This document shows, in pieces, positions 63,452 to 64,000 of a stretch of 64,000 bases of DNA. This DNA comes from Alphaproteobacteria bacterium (lineage in GTDB: Bacteria; Pseudomonadota; Alphaproteobacteria; SP197): the NCBI GenBank assembly GCA_965228895.1, contig OZ245842.1, positions 1,184,001 through 1,248,000 of the forward strand, given 5' to 3'. Below the pieces are notes generated by a model. It worked only from the letters and a program-made list of their open reading frames with translations. It did no database searches and was not told where the DNA came from. How positions within the stretch are numbered: the stretch's first letter is position 1; each line of letters opens with the position of its first letter. Both the position numbers and the translations under genes were made by a program.

Positions 63452-64000
63452 ATGACAGTGATTGCCCGATGTTGGAAACATGAGCTTATCGGTCGCACCC
63501 TAAGGGTGTTGGCCGTGCTGACTCTCGTTCCCCTGCTTGCTGTCTCCGCACAGTTGGCCTTGGCCCAAGACGACACCGCCACGTTCGACGAACGAATCTA
63601 CAAGCTGGGTGTCGGGGACCGGCTGCGCGTTACCGTCTACAACGAACTCGATCTTTCGGGTGAGTTCGATGTCGGACCAGCGGGGACCGTCAATCTGCCC
63701 TTGATCGGCGAGGTTGTGGCCCGGGGGCTCACGATCCCGGAGGTTGAGGACGCCGCAGAAGAACTGTTTCTGCAAGGTTATCTGAAGTCGCCGAGTGTCA
63801 GTATCGAAGTGCTGAACTATCGCCCGTTTTACATTCTGGGCGAGGTGAACGCACCGGGCAGTTATCCGTTCGTTAACGGTATGACGGTACTAAACGCGGT
63901 GGCCCTGGCGGGTGGGTTCACGTATCGGGCCAGCGAAGGCAGTGTTCTGTTGAAACGCGAGGGCGCGGCGTCCGAAGTCTCCGTTACTGTCGATACACCG
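63452..64000 (+). CDS. polysaccharide export protein (Wza/Poly_export), runs off the window
   Basis: Manual translation YKLGVGDRLRVTVY.E.DLSG...LPLIG...RPFYILGEV..PGSYP...AVALAGGF. Confidence 0.88.
   Translation, partial: MTVIARCWKHELIGRTLRVLAVLTLVPLLAVSAQLALAQDDTATFDERIYKLGVGDRLRVTVYNELDLSGEFDVGPAGTVNLPLIGEVVARGLTIPEVEDAAEELFLQGYLKSPSVSIEVLNYRPFYILGEVNAPGSYPFVNGMTVLNAVALAGGFTYRASEGSVLLKREGAASEVSVTVDTP

Overview
GC-rich alphaproteobacterial chromosome (permuted two-piece tmRNA, alpha-type SspB, thyX, hflKC-degP, ilv and mreBCD-mrdA-rodA operons; Rhodospirillales-like by inference). Positions 1-42.1 kb and 55.8-64 kb are mostly housekeeping, iron-uptake and exopolysaccharide genes. The main feature is a ~9.7 kb element integrated in tRNA-Lys(CTT), bounded by perfect 49-bp att repeats (42138-42186 and 51825-51873). 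It encodes a tyrosine integrase with intact catalytic motifs, an AlpA-like excisionase, a small HTH initiator carrying four phased palindromic iterons, a TerS-like/TerL pair, a possible scaffold-mimic protein, a hairpin-rich non-coding region, a DUF4258/HTH toxin-antitoxin pair and membrane cargo. No portal, capsid, tail or lysis gene is recognisable. It looks like a phage satellite with a complete terminase and no head genes, which fits none of the satellite families I know (P4-like, PICI, cf-PICI, PLE, PICMI). A second accessory block beyond attR (51.9-55.8 kb) holds a TIR-domain protein, a frameshifted Cas2/SinR-like gene and orphan membrane proteins. All product calls come from motif recognition by eye; no searches were run.
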